Below are positions 29,734-38,764 of a DNA stretch of 64,000 bases, piece after piece; position 1 is the first letter of the stretch; each line of letters begins with the position of its first letter. A program made the position numbers and the translations under genes. The notes beneath the pieces are model-generated. The model made no database searches and was not told the origin of the DNA. It was given only the letters and a program-made list of their open reading frames with translations. This stretch comes from Nitrospirota bacterium (GTDB lineage Bacteria > Nitrospirota > Thermodesulfovibrionia > Thermodesulfovibrionales > Dissulfurispiraceae), in contig CAWBMP010000004.1 of NCBI GenBank assembly GCA_963790025.1, positions 1,312,001 through 1,376,000 of the forward strand, in the 5' to 3' direction.

Positions 29734-30357
29734 ATGCTTCATGCGATATATACGTTTTTCATTGCTTTGTCAAATAATTTCGATAATATTGGAGTCAGAA
29801 TTGCATACAGCATTCGTGGAATAAAAATATCTCACTCGATAAATCTTTGGATTTCCGTGATAACATTTTTTATTTCGGGTTTTGCCGCTTATTCAGGCAC
29901 AGTAATATCGGGGTATTTCAGCAAACAACTGTCCGGGATAATTGCCATGGTGCTTCTTTCCGCTATCGGTATATGGATGATAGGGGACGAGTACATAAAA
30001 AGAAGGCGTAATCGTAATCTTGCCGAAAAGTCCACCGAAGAAGATGCAAAAAATATCCTGGATATTCTGGCTAATCCCGAAAAAGCAGATATGGATAAGT
30101 CAAAACATATCGATTTCAAAGAGGCAACTGTACTTGGGATTGCACTCTCAATAAACAATGTTGGTGGAGGATTAAGTGCCGGGATGATCGGTTTAAGCTC
30201 CTTTTGGGTTGGATTGTTATCCGCCGTGATAAGTTTTATTGCCCTTTGGTCGGGAAACTACATTGCCGAATACTTTATAAAGTGGAATATAAGCAATAAA
30301 GCGACAGTTGCAGCGGGTCTTGTACTAATTGGAATCGGGATAGGGCAGCTATTCTAA
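29734..30357 (+). CDS. YtaF/MntP-family membrane protein (putative metal efflux)
   Basis: Duplicated 'ALSNNFDN' / 'ALSINN' motifs and six TM segments. Confidence 0.8.
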   Translation: MLHAIYTFFIALSNNFDNIGVRIAYSIRGIKISHSINLWISVITFFISGFAAYSGTVISGYFSKQLSGIIAMVLLSAIGIWMIGDEYIKRRRNRNLAEKSTEEDAKNILDILANPEKADMDKSKHIDFKEATVLGIALSINNVGGGLSAGMIGLSSFWVGLLSAVISFIALWSGNYIAEYFIKWNISNKATVAAGLVLIGIGIGQLF

Positions 30358-30370
30358 TGTTTTTGAAAAC

Positions 30371-30399
30371 TTGACATTTGGCCCGTCCATCGATAAAAC
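30371..30399 (+). promoter_or_regulatory. Sigma70-type promoter of the cobamide operon
   Basis: TTGACA-17 nt-TAAAAC immediately before the riboswitch. Confidence 0.65.
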
Positions 30400-30401
30400 T
30401 A

Positions 30402-30570
30402 TTTAACTAGGTGCCGAAAGGCTTAATAGGGAATCCCGTGAAGGCGGATAACGCTGATTCGGGAGCGGTCCCGCCGCTGTAACCGGGGACGAAAGTCGAC
30501 GCTGCCACTGGTAGAGATATCGGGAAGGCCGGCAAGTAGAATGATCCGGGAGCCAGAAGACCTGCCAGAC
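30402..30570 (+). ncRNA. Cobalamin riboswitch
   Basis: AGGTGCC...AATAGGGAATCCCGTG...GCGGTCCCGCCGCTGTAA...GCCACTGG...GGGAAGGCC...GAGCCAGAAGACCTGCC (B12 box), upstream of the cob genes. Confidence 0.95.
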
Positions 30571-30692
30571 AAACTAGTGTCAGTGTCAGTTTTAAGTGTC
30601 GGGGAAAAGTTTCATCTGCCACTAATGACAGACATTATTCACTAATAAGGCCTTCTCGCGGACGGAAGGCGGGGATGAAGGAATCAGGGTGC

Positions 30693-30729
30693 AATCCTCA
30701 AGACATTTTGTCTTGGGGATTTTTTGTTT
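30693..30729 (+). terminator. Leader terminator/attenuator of the riboswitch
   Basis: ATCCTCAAGACA-TTT-TGTCTTGGGGAT hairpin followed by TTTTTGTTT, just before the bzaF RBS. Confidence 0.8.
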
Positions 30730-30741
30730 GAGGAGGGTGGC

Positions 30742-32043
30742 GTGACACAATTAGAAAGAGCGGCAAAGGGAGAAGTTACAAAAGAGATTGCAACGGTCGC
30801 GGCAGCCGAAGGGCTTTCCGTTGATGTTGTAAGGGAAAATGTTGCAGCAGGGAAAATAGTCATTCCAGCCAACAGGAACCGTTTAAAAAGAACCATAGGT
30901 ATCGGTAAGGGTCTGAGGACCAAAGTAAATGCGTCAATCGGGTCCTCCACGGATATCGCGGATGTCGGGATGGAAGTGGAAAAAGCCGAGATTGCTGAAA
31001 AATACGGCGCGGACACTCTGATGGACCTAAGCGTCGGCGGCAATATATCCGGCATCAGAAAAGCGGTGATGGATGCAATAAGCCTTCCGGTAGGCACGGT
31101 CCCTCTGTACGAGGCCTTTGCAATTGCTATTGAAAAGTACGGCGCTGCTGTCAACATGCCTGCAGAACTCCTTTTTGAGATTACCGAAAAGCAGTGCGCA
31201 GAGGGGGTCGCCTTTATGGCAATCCACTGCGGCATCAACAGAAAAACAGTCGAAATGCTCAGGAAACAGCATTACCGTTACGGCGGCCTTGTCTCAAAGG
31301 GAGGTTCCTATATGGTTGCATGGATGGAGCACAACAAAAAGGAAAACCCCCTATATGAGCATTTCGACAGGGTAGTGGATATTCTTAAAAAGTACGACAC
31401 GGTACTGAGCCTGGGCAACGGTTTTCGGGCCGGCGCCATTCATGATGCAACCGACAGGGTGCAAATACAGGAACTGCTCATAAACTGCGAACTTGCAGAA
31501 CTGGGCAGGGAGCGGGGATGCCAGACAATGGTTGAAGGCCCCGGTCATGTGCCGATTAACGAGATAGAGGCGAATGTCATCATGGAAAAGAAGATGAGCG
31601 GCGAATCCCCTTTTTACATGCTGGGTCCGATTACGACCGATATAGCACCTGGCTACGACCATATCACCGCCGCAATAGGCGCAGCACTTTCATCTGCGTA
31701 CGGTGCGGACTTTATCTGCTATGTTACCCCTTCCGAGCACCTGGGACTCCCTTTTCCGGAAGATGTGCGCGAGGGCGTCATCGCATCCCGGATCGCAGCA
31801 CACATTGGAGACATGATAAAGCTCAAGAACACGGATGCCGACAAGTCAATGGCAAAGGCAAGAAGGGACATGCAATGGCAGACCCAGTTCTCTTTGTGCA
31901 TCGATGCCGAAAGGGCAAGAGAAATTAAGAGCAAGAGAGGAAACGGCAGTGACCACTCCTGTACCATGTGTGGAAAGTTTTGTGCGAATGATATACTTAA
32001 AGATATGTTTACCGGCAACATGAAGGGGTCCGATAAGCATTAA
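30742..32043 (+). CDS. bzaF: ThiC-like radical SAM enzyme, probably 5-hydroxybenzimidazole synthase BzaF
   Basis: ThiC-family motifs ('TKVNASIG', 'MDLS', 'EGPGHVP', 'YVTPSEHL', 'CTMCGKFC'). It is the first gene under the B12 riboswitch, followed by cobU/T/S/C. GTG start after GAGGAGG. Confidence 0.8.
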   Translation: MTQLERAAKGEVTKEIATVAAAEGLSVDVVRENVAAGKIVIPANRNRLKRTIGIGKGLRTKVNASIGSSTDIADVGMEVEKAEIAEKYGADTLMDLSVGGNISGIRKAVMDAISLPVGTVPLYEAFAIAIEKYGAAVNMPAELLFEITEKQCAEGVAFMAIHCGINRKTVEMLRKQHYRYGGLVSKGGSYMVAWMEHNKKENPLYEHFDRVVDILKKYDTVLSLGNGFRAGAIHDATDRVQIQELLINCELAELGRERGCQTMVEGPGHVPINEIEANVIMEKKMSGESPFYMLGPITTDIAPGYDHITAAIGAALSSAYGADFICYVTPSEHLGLPFPEDVREGVIASRIAAHIGDMIKLKNTDADKSMAKARRDMQWQTQFSLCIDAERAREIKSKRGNGSDHSCTMCGKFCANDILKDMFTGNMKGSDKH

Positions 32044-32571
32044 ATGGAGAATAGCGGAGGAAGGATTGTTCTTATTCTCGGGGGCGCCAGGAGCGGTAAG
32101 AGCGGTTTCGCCCTGAAAACAGCATCCGGCATTCCGGGCAGGAAGGCATTTATTGCCACGGCACAGGCCCTGGATGCCGAGATGGAGCAAAGGATAGCAC
32201 GGCATAAGGCGGCTCGTCCCGATGAGTGGCAAGTATATGAGGAGCCGGTAAACATACGGGACCTGATTGCAAGAATTCACGGAAGCTACGATGTGCTTCT
32301 TGTTGACTGTCTTACCCTCTGGATTTCCAACCTCATGCTTGGAAACGACGATGTTGAAGACAGAGCACGGTCGTTCATCGATACCCTTTCCGCCTGCCGG
32401 TCATCGGTCTTTATAGTGTCAAACGAGGTTGGTCTGGGAATTGTCCCTGATAACAGGCTGGCACGTGAATTCAGGGATGCTGCAGGCACGTTGAACCGGA
32501 TGCTTGGTGAAGTGGCGGATGAGGTATATTTCGTGGTAGCAGGATTGCCGATCAGGATGAAACCGAGGTAA
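32044..32571 (+). CDS. cobU: Adenosylcobinamide kinase/guanylyltransferase
   Basis: 'GGARSGKS', 'RIARH', 'DCLTLW' and 'SNEVGLG'. Confidence 0.96.
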   Translation: MENSGGRIVLILGGARSGKSGFALKTASGIPGRKAFIATAQALDAEMEQRIARHKAARPDEWQVYEEPVNIRDLIARIHGSYDVLLVDCLTLWISNLMLGNDDVEDRARSFIDTLSACRSSVFIVSNEVGLGIVPDNRLAREFRDAAGTLNRMLGEVADEVYFVVAGLPIRMKPR

Positions 32572-32630
32572 AACCAAGGTATAAGCATAGGCAAAGGTAA
32601 AGGTAAAGACTAACCTCTACCTCTACCTTG
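32570..32630. repeat. Degenerate hexamer repeat hairpin (AGGTAA-like)
   Basis: aggtat aagcat aggcaa aggtaa aggtaa ... taacct ctacct ctacct. It shares AAAACCAAGGTA with the 18.65 kb copy. Confidence 0.7.
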
Positions 32631-32649
32631 TATTTATGGGAGGTCGTGT

Positions 32650-33711
32650 ATGGATATGCTGAGCAGTACTGTCAGTAAGATTGCAGAGATTAACGAGGAG
32701 TTGTATGAGGTCGCGCAGAAACGCCTCGACAACCTAACAAAGCCTCCAGGCAGCCTCGGCAGGCTGGAAGAATTTGCACGAAGGCTTGTGGCTATAACCG
32801 AAAGCAATAGCCCCATGCTGGACAAGAAGGTGATTTTCACCTTTGCCGGGGACCACGGCATCACCGAAGAAGGGGTATCTGCCTATCCGAAAGAAGTTAC
32901 CCAGCAAATGGTGCTGAACTTTATCAGAGGCGGGGCGGGCATCAATGTGCTTGCACGCCACGCGGGGTCGGAAGTGGTTGTGGTGGATATCGGCGTTGAT
33001 TATGACTTCAAAGAGCTTGAGGGACTTATGCAGATGAAGGTTGTAAGAGGAACAAGAAATTTTGTCAAGGGCCCTGCGATGACAAAAGAAGATGCTGTTA
33101 AATGTATCGAAACCGGCATTACGCTTGCACAGGGATATGCGATAAAAGGATATAAGATATTCGGTACCGGAGACATGGGAATCGGCAATACCACTCCTTC
33201 AAGTGCCATTGCTGCGGTACTTACGGGCAAAACGGTAGCGGCAGTCACAGGCAAAGGCACCGGTATCAGCGATGCTTCGCTCAGGCAGAAGATCAAGGCA
33301 ATTGAAAAAGGCATCAAGGTAAATACGCCCGATCCGAAAAACGCTGTTGACGTGCTTTCAAAGGTCGGCGGGGCTGAGATTGGGGGTATTGCCGGGTTGA
33401 TACTTGGCGCCGCGGCAAACAGGATCCCTGTAATAATTGACGGGTTGATCTCGACTGCCGGCGCCATGATTGCGTATACCATCGAACCGAAGGTAAAAGG
33501 TTACCTGTTCGCAGCCCATAACTCGGTGGAAATAGGCCATAAGGCGATGCTCGATGCAATAGGACTACAGCCTATTCTCGACCTGAATCTCAGGCTCGGT
33601 GAAGGCACGGGGGCAGCGCTTGCCATGTTTATGATTGAGGCGGGACTCAAAATATACAGGGAAATGGCGACCTTCGGGGAGGCCGGGGTGAGTGACGAGA
33701 TAGTCAATTAG
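32650..33711 (+). CDS. cobT: Nicotinate-nucleotide--benzimidazole phosphoribosyltransferase
   Basis: '[12 protein letters not shown]', 'GDMGIGNTT' and 'LRLGEGTGA'. Confidence 0.96.
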   Translation: MDMLSSTVSKIAEINEELYEVAQKRLDNLTKPPGSLGRLEEFARRLVAITESNSPMLDKKVIFTFAGDHGITEEGVSAYPKEVTQQMVLNFIRGGAGINVLARHAGSEVVVVDIGVDYDFKELEGLMQMKVVRGTRNFVKGPAMTKEDAVKCIETGITLAQGYAIKGYKIFGTGDMGIGNTTPSSAIAAVLTGKTVAAVTGKGTGISDASLRQKIKAIEKGIKVNTPDPKNAVDVLSKVGGAEIGGIAGLILGAAANRIPVIIDGLISTAGAMIAYTIEPKVKGYLFAAHNSVEIGHKAMLDAIGLQPILDLNLRLGEGTGAALAMFMIEAGLKIYREMATFGEAGVSDEIVN

Positions 33712-34524
33712 ATGAAACAGATGCTGCTTGCGATTCAATTTCTTACCATCATACCGGTAAAGGTAAAGGGCACTTGCTCCGAGGAGGAGTTAGCGCGTTG
33801 CACCTCTTTTTTCCCCATTGCAGGCGCTCTGCAGGGCATTTTTATGGCGCTTACCGCTTTTGCCGTAATGCGCATATTCCCCGTCGAGATAACAAGCAGT
33901 TTTGTGATCCTTGTTCTTTTGCTGTCTAACGGCGGGTTCGACCTGGACGGGCTGATTGATACCTTTGATGCACTGGCTGTCAAGTCAACTGGAGACAGGG
34001 AACGTGACCGGGAAAAGCGGCTTTCGGTTATGAAGGAAAGTTCAATAGGAGCGGTCGGGGCAATTGCATTGGTTATGACAGTGCTTTTGAAATTTGTGCT
34101 GCTTAATCATCTGTTCCGTGTCCTTACGCATGTGGCGGTGCTTTCATTCCTTTTCATCATCCCGGTCTTCTCGAAGTGGGTAACGGTAATTGCCATGCTT
34201 CACGGCCGCCCTGCGCGTCAAGACGGTCTCGGACGCATCTTTATCGGCAGAGTGCGCAATAGACAGGTGATTTTTTCTTCAATAATTGTGTTCCTTCTGT
34301 ATGCGGTTGTTGCCGGACTGTATCTTTATCCACTGTACGGTATGCGGATAATAGTCCTGTTTGATTTACTGTTCATAATGCTCTACCTGCTGGCCGTCAT
34401 AGCAGTACGCTTTGCTATCAGGAAGTTCGGCGGCCTCACCGGAGATCATTTCGGGGCACTCAGTGAAATTGCAGAAATACTTTTATTGGCGGCTATACCT
34501 GTATGGTTACAACACTCTACCTGA
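33712..34524 (+). CDS. cobS: Cobalamin synthase
   Basis: 'QFLTIIP', 'DGLIDTFD' and 'GGLTGD', multi-TM. Confidence 0.93.
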   Translation: MKQMLLAIQFLTIIPVKVKGTCSEEELARCTSFFPIAGALQGIFMALTAFAVMRIFPVEITSSFVILVLLLSNGGFDLDGLIDTFDALAVKSTGDRERDREKRLSVMKESSIGAVGAIALVMTVLLKFVLLNHLFRVLTHVAVLSFLFIIPVFSKWVTVIAMLHGRPARQDGLGRIFIGRVRNRQVIFSSIIVFLLYAVVAGLYLYPLYGMRIIVLFDLLFIMLYLLAVIAVRFAIRKFGGLTGDHFGALSEIAEILLLAAIPVWLQHST

Positions 34525-35138
34525 TAAGACATGGAGAAACAATAGGGAGCGATGCAAAACGCTACAAGGGTAGCATCGATGTACCACTCTCCGAGCGGGG
34601 CATTGCGCAGATAAAAAAAGTATCGGTCTTTATCGCTGAAAAGCTGAAGCTCTCTGCGGTATACTGCTCCGGGCTGAGCAGGGCGGCGAAGAGCGCAGAG
34701 ATAATAGCCGAACCACATGGCCTGAAGCCGATGGTCATCCACGAGTTCCGCGAAAGAAACTTCGGTCTATGGGAAGGAATGACGTTCAGTGAAATAAAGG
34801 AGATGTACCCTGCCGAGTTCGAAGGTTGGGCGTCCGATCCTCTAAGGCACAGTCCGATAAACGGCGAGAGCACAATCGAGGTATATGAAAGGGTAATCGG
34901 GACACTCGACAGCATTGTGAGCAAACATACAGCGGAAAGCGATGATCAGAATCCAGTGGCCGACAACATTGCTGTTGTTGCCCACGGTGGCGTGAACAGA
35001 ATAATCCTTTGCCATCTTATGGGGGTTCCCCTTGAAAATTTCTTCAGGATCGAACAGGACCACGCTGGAGTCAATATCATTGAATTCTGGGAACGCTACC
35101 CCGTAATAAAATTACTGAACGGAGGACCTGTTGGCTAA
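34503..35138 (+). CDS. cobC: Alpha-ribazole phosphatase (histidine phosphatase)
   Basis: 'LIRHGET', 'ERNFGLWEG' and 'AHGG', in operon context. Confidence 0.88.
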   Translation: MVTTLYLIRHGETIGSDAKRYKGSIDVPLSERGIAQIKKVSVFIAEKLKLSAVYCSGLSRAAKSAEIIAEPHGLKPMVIHEFRERNFGLWEGMTFSEIKEMYPAEFEGWASDPLRHSPINGESTIEVYERVIGTLDSIVSKHTAESDDQNPVADNIAVVAHGGVNRIILCHLMGVPLENFFRIEQDHAGVNIIEFWERYPVIKLLNGGPVG

Positions 35139-36642
35139 GGCATTGATGGTGCAGGGAACAGGCTCCGGGGCAGGCAAGAGCCTCATTGCCGCTGCCCTGT
35201 GCAGGATTTTCAGGGACAAGGGGGTGAATGTCGCACCATTCAAGGCGCAGAACATGGCGCTAAACTCCGCAATAACACGGGACGGCGGGGAGATGGGAAG
35301 GGCGCAGATACTGCAGGCAGAGGCCGCAAGGGTGGAGCCCACCGTCGATATGAACCCCATATTACTGAAGGCATCGGGCGAGATGGGCTCGCAGGTCATC
35401 ATTCAGGGTAAAGTCCATTCATGTATGAAAGCCCGGGAATACTATGGCTTTAAGAAGACAGCCTGGGAGGCAGTCAAACAATCTTTCGACCATCTGTCAC
35501 GGCAGTACGAACTTATTGTGCTGGAAGGCGCCGGAAGTCCTGCGGAAATAAATCTCATGAATGTGGATATCGTAAATATGGCTGCTGCAAGATATGCGAA
35601 AGCCCCCGTGCTCCTGGTCGGTGATATCGACAAGGGTGGCGTTTTCGCTTCACTTTACGGCACTGTCAAACTCCTCGGCAATCAGAGCAGGCTTGTAAAA
35701 GGGTTTATCATAAATAAATTCCGTGGAGACCCGGCAATTCTCGCTCCGGGGCTCGACATGATACAGGACAAGACGGGAAAACCCGTTGTCGGGGTGCTGC
35801 CGTATATTTACGACATTGGTCTTCCGGAAGAGGACGGTCTCTCACTCCAGAAAATTTCAAATTTCAAGCCTCGAATCTCAAATATCGAAATGATTAAAGT
35901 TGTTGTGGTCAGGCTAAAATACATATCTAATTTCACGGATTTCGATCCGCTCCAGCACGAGCCCGATGTAGAACTCATTTACTCCTTAAATCCTGCCGAC
36001 ATAGAAAACGCCGACCTCGTTATCATTCCGGGTTCAAAAAATACAGTCAAAGATCTCCTGTCCCTGAAAGAACACGATCTTGATGCCAGCATAAAGCGGG
36101 CGCATGCAAAGGGCATCCAGATTATAGGTATTTGCGGCGGATACCAGATGTCAGGCAAAAAGATTTTTGACCCTTACAGCGTTGAAAGCAGCAATAAAGC
36201 TGTTGACGGACTCGGATTGCTGAACATAGAGACCACGTTCGGGAAAAAGAAAACGACATGCCAGGCAGAGGCGGAATTAATTGATGCTGCTGTGACAGGG
36301 AATTCATTGTTTTCACATCTACGCGGTTATGAAATTCATATGGGAGAAAGCACAGGGGACATCGGTGTATTTAAACTAAAAAGATTTTCCTCAAACGACG
36401 AAAGCCTGGCGCTGGAAGGCTCAAGGAATAATAACTGTTGGGGAACATATCTTCACGGCATTTTCGAGAACGATTTATTCAGAAGAAGCCTTCTCAACAT
36501 GGTCCGGACTCAAAAAGGGCTGCCTCCGTTAACCGATGCCCGCTCATATGGCGCAATAAAAGAAAAAGCACTTAACGCACTTGCCGACATCGTCAGGGAG
36601 CACCTTGACATGAAATTTATTGAGAGACTGGCCGGCCTATGA
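35131..36642 (+). CDS. cobQ: Cobyric acid synthase
   Basis: 'QGTGSGAGKS', 'PFKAQNM', 'EGAGSPAEIN', 'GICGGYQM' and 'GTYLHG'. Confidence 0.96.
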   Translation: MAKALMVQGTGSGAGKSLIAAALCRIFRDKGVNVAPFKAQNMALNSAITRDGGEMGRAQILQAEAARVEPTVDMNPILLKASGEMGSQVIIQGKVHSCMKAREYYGFKKTAWEAVKQSFDHLSRQYELIVLEGAGSPAEINLMNVDIVNMAAARYAKAPVLLVGDIDKGGVFASLYGTVKLLGNQSRLVKGFIINKFRGDPAILAPGLDMIQDKTGKPVVGVLPYIYDIGLPEEDGLSLQKISNFKPRISNIEMIKVVVVRLKYISNFTDFDPLQHEPDVELIYSLNPADIENADLVIIPGSKNTVKDLLSLKEHDLDASIKRAHAKGIQIIGICGGYQMSGKKIFDPYSVESSNKAVDGLGLLNIETTFGKKKTTCQAEAELIDAAVTGNSLFSHLRGYEIHMGESTGDIGVFKLKRFSSNDESLALEGSRNNNCWGTYLHGIFENDLFRRSLLNMVRTQKGLPPLTDARSYGAIKEKALNALADIVREHLDMKFIERLAGL

Positions 36643-37676
36643 CAATGATGCCAGTGATGCCAATGATGATAGCACCGCTGCAGCTTCTACTTGCATTTTC
36701 CCTGGACCTGCTGATCGGAGACCCCTTGTGGCTCCCTCATCCTGTAAGGACCATCGGCAAGTGCGTCAGCAGGCTGGAACGTTTTTTAAGGGCCCGCGCC
36801 ACCTCTCCGTCGGACGAAAGGAGGGCTGGAATCCTCCTCGTGCTGCTGATTGCTATACCGGCATTCCTGATAACATTTTTCATCCTTGCAATTATAAGGT
36901 TGTTGCCCGGTACTGCCGGATCATTAGCAGGGATGGCTGTAGTTATCTATCTTACCGCAACAACACTGGCAATCCGCGAGCTTGTCACATCCTCACAGGC
37001 TGTCATCCATCGGGTAAAGGAGGGAGACATTGAAAAGGCCAGGCACAACCTCAGCATGATCGTGGGACGGGACACACAGGACCTCTCCGGGAAGGATATT
37101 CTGAAAGCGACTATGGAGACTCTTGCCGAAAACCTTTCCGACGGATTCATCGCCCCTCTCTTTTATCTGGTAATTGGAGGTCTGCCACTCGCCATTACCT
37201 ATAAGGCAATCAATACGCTGGACTCTATGGTAGGATATAAGAACGACACATACCGGTATTTCGGCTGGGCAGCAGCCCGCTCCGACGATATTGCAAATTA
37301 TCTGCCTGCCAGGTTCACCGGCATATTGATAGTTTTTGCGGCATTTCTTGTTTCGCTGTTTAAAAACACCGCCCGGGCGTTCGCCTCTGCATGTTGTTCC
37401 TTCACTACTATGCGCCGCGATGGTAATAAACATCTTAGTCCCAATAGCGGCATACCCGAGGCTGCCATGGCAGGCGCACTTGGTATCATGATGGGAGGGC
37501 CATCAAGTTATGGGGGGGTTATAGTTGAGAAACCCTGGATCGGAGAAGCCGGGACAACGGTGGCTGTAGAAGATTATATTACTGCCTCTGAAAAAGCAAT
37601 CGGCATAGCTAAAATCACCTCTTTGCTCGGCATTGGTATCTCGGTGTTGATTTTAGCTGCGAGGAGGGTACCTTAA
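36639..37676 (+). CDS. cbiB: Adenosylcobinamide-phosphate synthase
   Basis: 'GDP..LPHPV', 'IVGRDT', 'AENLSDG', 'NTLDSMVGY' and 'SPNSG'. Confidence 0.95.
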   Translation: MTMMPVMPMMIAPLQLLLAFSLDLLIGDPLWLPHPVRTIGKCVSRLERFLRARATSPSDERRAGILLVLLIAIPAFLITFFILAIIRLLPGTAGSLAGMAVVIYLTATTLAIRELVTSSQAVIHRVKEGDIEKARHNLSMIVGRDTQDLSGKDILKATMETLAENLSDGFIAPLFYLVIGGLPLAITYKAINTLDSMVGYKNDTYRYFGWAAARSDDIANYLPARFTGILIVFAAFLVSLFKNTARAFASACCSFTTMRRDGNKHLSPNSGIPEAAMAGALGIMMGGPSSYGGVIVEKPWIGEAGTTVAVEDYITASEKAIGIAKITSLLGIGISVLILAARRVP

Positions 37677-38764
37677 TGCAAGGGTCGCATGGCGGAAATA
37701 TTTACCGGGCTGCCGAAAAGCTGGGAGTAAACGAGTACGAAATAATTGATTTCAGTGCTTCCATCAACCCTCTCGGCGTTCCTAAAAGTGTGTTATCCGG
37801 CATAAAGGATTCGATGAGATACCTCTATAACTATCCCGACCCCGATGCAAAGCAATTCACGCGCGCCCTTGCCGGGCACTTTGCAATCAACCCGGAATCC
37901 ATCCTTTGCGGAAACGGCAGCACAGAACTCATTTACCTCGTCATTAGGGCCCTAAAACCGGAAAGAATACTCATCCCGGCTCCCACATTCTCGGAATACG
38001 AGCAGGCGGCGGGCGATGGCAGGGAAATCGTCCATTACGCGCTCAACGCAAGGGACAACTTTGCAGTAAACCCGGACTCATTCATCGCCGCGATGGCCGG
38101 AGGCTCTGACTCAACGTCTTACAAGACTTCGCTCACAACTTCTGTCGATATGACATTTTTATGTAATCCGAACAATCCTACCGGGGGCATAACAAGAAAG
38201 ACCGATATGCTGAAAATAGCCGAGGCCGCGCGGGAACTTAAATGTCACCTCGTTATTGATGAAGCATTTATTGATTTTACACCTGATGAGTCACTGATAA
38301 ACGAGGTTGAGGACAACCCCTACCTTATTGTTCTCAGGTCCCTGACAAAGTTCTATGCCCTTTCAGGCTTGAGGGTCGGATACGGTGTTTTCCCGCTGAC
38401 GCTGATAGATACAATAAGAAAGCACAAGGAACCGTGGACAGTGAATACGCTTGCACAAGTGGCGGGGATTGCCGCACTCAAAGACGAGACATATAAAGAA
38501 GACGCATTCAAAATCATAAAAAACGAGAGAAAAACCCTCGAAGACGGATTCAGGCTATTGAAGATACCTTATTTCCCGTCGGCTGCCAATTTTTATCTCA
38601 TACAATTCGATAAGACCCGGGACGTTATCAACGCCCTCAGTGAAAAGGGTATTCTTTTAAGAGATTGCTCGAATTTCAGAAACCTTGACGGATCGTATGC
38701 CAGGGTAGCGGTAAAATCGAACCGCGATAACATGCGACTGCTGAAGGAAATGGCAAACATATGA
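37676..38764 (+). CDS. cobD: L-threonine-O-3-phosphate decarboxylase
   Basis: 'HGGN', 'DFSASINPLG', 'CNPNNPTG' and PLP Lys in 'SLTKFYALSGLRVGY'. Confidence 0.93.
   Translation: MQGSHGGNIYRAAEKLGVNEYEIIDFSASINPLGVPKSVLSGIKDSMRYLYNYPDPDAKQFTRALAGHFAINPESILCGNGSTELIYLVIRALKPERILIPAPTFSEYEQAAGDGREIVHYALNARDNFAVNPDSFIAAMAGGSDSTSYKTSLTTSVDMTFLCNPNNPTGGITRKTDMLKIAEAARELKCHLVIDEAFIDFTPDESLINEVEDNPYLIVLRSLTKFYALSGLRVGYGVFPLTLIDTIRKHKEPWTVNTLAQVAGIAALKDETYKEDAFKIIKNERKTLEDGFRLLKIPYFPSAANFYLIQFDKTRDVINALSEKGILLRDCSNFRNLDGSYARVAVKSNRDNMRLLKEMANI

Noticed and set aside
30742..32043. Annotation as thiamine biosynthesis thiC
   Set aside because: The cobalamin riboswitch and cobU/T/S/C context favour a Bza-type paralogue, and there is no TPP riboswitch or thi gene nearby.
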